Below, one piece after another: positions 62,638-64,000 of a stretch of 64,000 nt of DNA. Source of the stretch: Candidatus Saccharimonadia bacterium. GTDB taxonomy: Bacteria > Patescibacteriota > Saccharimonadia > UBA4664. The translations under genes and the position numbers were made by a program. Each line of letters begins with the position of its first letter. The stretch's first letter is position 1. Under the pieces are notes generated by a model. It worked only from the letters and a program-made list of their open reading frames with translations, had not been told where the DNA came from and made no database searches. The stretch spans positions 129,156 to 193,155 of the forward strand of contig DATKIP010000093.1 in NCBI GenBank assembly GCA_035544015.1, read 5' to 3'.

Positions 62638-63441
62638 CTAGCGTGCCCAGCCAGCGAGATCCACCATGGCCTCGTAGCCCTCCCGCACCTTGCCCTCGCT
62701 GAGTGCCGTAGTACGCTCGCAGAGGTCGACGCGAGCGTAGCGAGCCACAGCCTCACAGATCTCGTCCTTGCTCACCGAGCAAGCCGGGAACGAAGTGCCC
62801 GCGCCGGCGGCATATCCCTGCGACTTTTCCATGAAGGCCGCCACGAACGGCGCACCCGGTCGCAAGGAGCGGATGAAGGCCGCGACCGCCGCGTCGAACA
62901 TCGCCTTGCTGGAAGCGATCGAGCAGGCCACGAAGAACATCGAGCCTGAGCCGTAGTGCGCCCTGGGCAGATCGTAAATACTGCCCTGGCTCACCACCGA
63001 CCGCGCGCGCAGGCGCTGGAGCACACCCTGCCAGTAGGGACCGTAGGCACCGCCACCAGCCGCTACCATCGCGGCCTCCTGCGGCAACCAACGCTGGTCG
63101 AGCGGCTGGAGCAGCGCCTTCTGAAGTCCCGCGACGTTGCCGCGACCGAACTCCACCTCGTGCAACTGTGCCCCGGGTGCCATCGTGACTTCCAGGATGG
63201 CAGGCCAGTGCCGAGTCTTGGCCGGCCCGACATCCAGATGCGGGCCCTCCAGCGAGTGGGGCTCGAGCGTACCCGCCTGGAGCTGATCGACCACCCAACC
63301 TACCAGGCCGTCGATAATCTGGGCGTCTTCCGCACCGACTCCGTTGACATAGTGATCGTTGTAGCGGTCACCGTCAAAATCGGTGTGGAACGAACTCGGA
63401 CTCGCCGAGGCCGAGGCGTCGTAGCGTTGTTGGATTGACAT
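62638..63441 (-). CDS. SCO2525-like (NNMT/PNMT/TEMT-related) SAM methyltransferase homologue
   Basis: DFD...Y..HY.....ED.QI, GSIYDLP, G.MFFVA.SI, L.PGAPF.AAFME.S.GY, FPA, GYE.M; 3' hairpin 62577-62617. Confidence 0.8.
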   Translation of the reverse strand: MSIQQRYDASASASPSSFHTDFDGDRYNDHYVNGVGAEDAQIIDGLVGWVVDQLQAGTLEPHSLEGPHLDVGPAKTRHWPAILEVTMAPGAQLHEVEFGRGNVAGLQKALLQPLDQRWLPQEAAMVAAGGGAYGPYWQGVLQRLRARSVVSQGSIYDLPRAHYGSGSMFFVACSIASSKAMFDAAVAAFIRSLRPGAPFVAAFMEKSQGYAAGAGTSFPACSVSKDEICEAVARYARVDLCERTTALSEGKVREGYEAMVDLAGWAR

Positions 63442-63543
63442 GCGCGGTTCCCCCGTTTCAGGGTAGAAGGATGAAGGACTGCTTTACGATGTCTCGATAA
63501 AGCAGGCCATACTATACCACATTTAGCCTCGCTCTGCTAAAAA

Positions 63544-64000
63544 TCAGCGCGCCGCGTTCGCCGTACCCTTGAGCTGGAAATAATCCCAATACACGTCCCG
63601 CGCCGCACCACCCGTAGCATAAAAGCTCAGAGCCGGCGACATGCGCGCCACACCATCAATCGTCACCGCCGTCACCACCTGTGCGCTGCCGTTGATGCCA
63701 AAGGTGGCCTCAGACGTCCCCACACCCACGCCGCTCACATTAATGCTCAACCGCACCCACGCATTGGCCACGATCAAGTTTGTAGTCGGCGTGCACGTAG
63801 CTGCCACCCCATCGCCGTAGCAATATTGCCAGTTTGGATTCACCGCCGGATTGGCCTCCCACCACACGCCCGACACCGGCGCTGTCGTGCCGCTCGTCTC
63901 ACCGTGCAGGCCGATCCGCAGCACCAGCCCCGCCGTCGCGCCCACCGCCACCGCCGTCTTCAAAATATCGCCGCGCTGCAAAATAGCAGACCCGCCGCTC
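63544..64000 (-). CDS. C-terminal part of a larger beta-rich, probably surface protein (5' end outside the window)
   Basis: Open frame running to the window edge; Thr/Gly/Ala-rich with a YWDYF terminal strand. Confidence 0.65.
   Translation of the reverse strand, partial: SGGSAILQRGDILKTAVAVGATAGLVLRIGLHGETSGTTAPVSGVWWEANPAVNPNWQYCYGDGVAATCTPTTNLIVANAWVRLSINVSGVGVGTSEATFGINGSAQVVTAVTIDGVARMSPALSFYATGGAARDVYWDYFQLKGTANAAR

Overview
High-GC bacterial chromosome segment carrying the core translation/transcription cluster: 3' end of rpoC, rpsL-rpsG, fusA, tuf, rpsJ, the S10-spc-alpha block (rplC to rplQ), rplM-rpsI, rpmG, four tRNAs and an archaeal-type aspS. Absence of rpmD (uL30) between rpsE and rplO, the broken-up str/S10 order and the protein styles point to Patescibacteria/CPR, most likely Saccharibacteria (inference; TGA is used as a stop). 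About 20 orphan genes are interleaved as small self-contained units. Each has its own sigma70-like promoter, a leader with a strong Shine-Dalgarno, and a long GC-rich 3' hairpin. Four pairs of neighbouring units share closely similar 3' elements even though their ORFs are diverged or unrelated. The cargo includes two paralogous families of Cys-containing exported proteins, an actinobacterial WhiB4/WblA fused to a winged HTH, and enzyme homologues with eroded motifs. By contrast, many ordinary housekeeping genes appear leaderless. Other highlights: an ultrashort-Stem-I T-box with an Asp specifier and an intrinsic terminator upstream of aspS, an EF-G with non-canonical G4/G5 motifs, a three-gene HigBA-like module, a palindromic insert in rplV, and a structured tuf leader. 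All family calls come from motif recognition by eye; no database searches were run.
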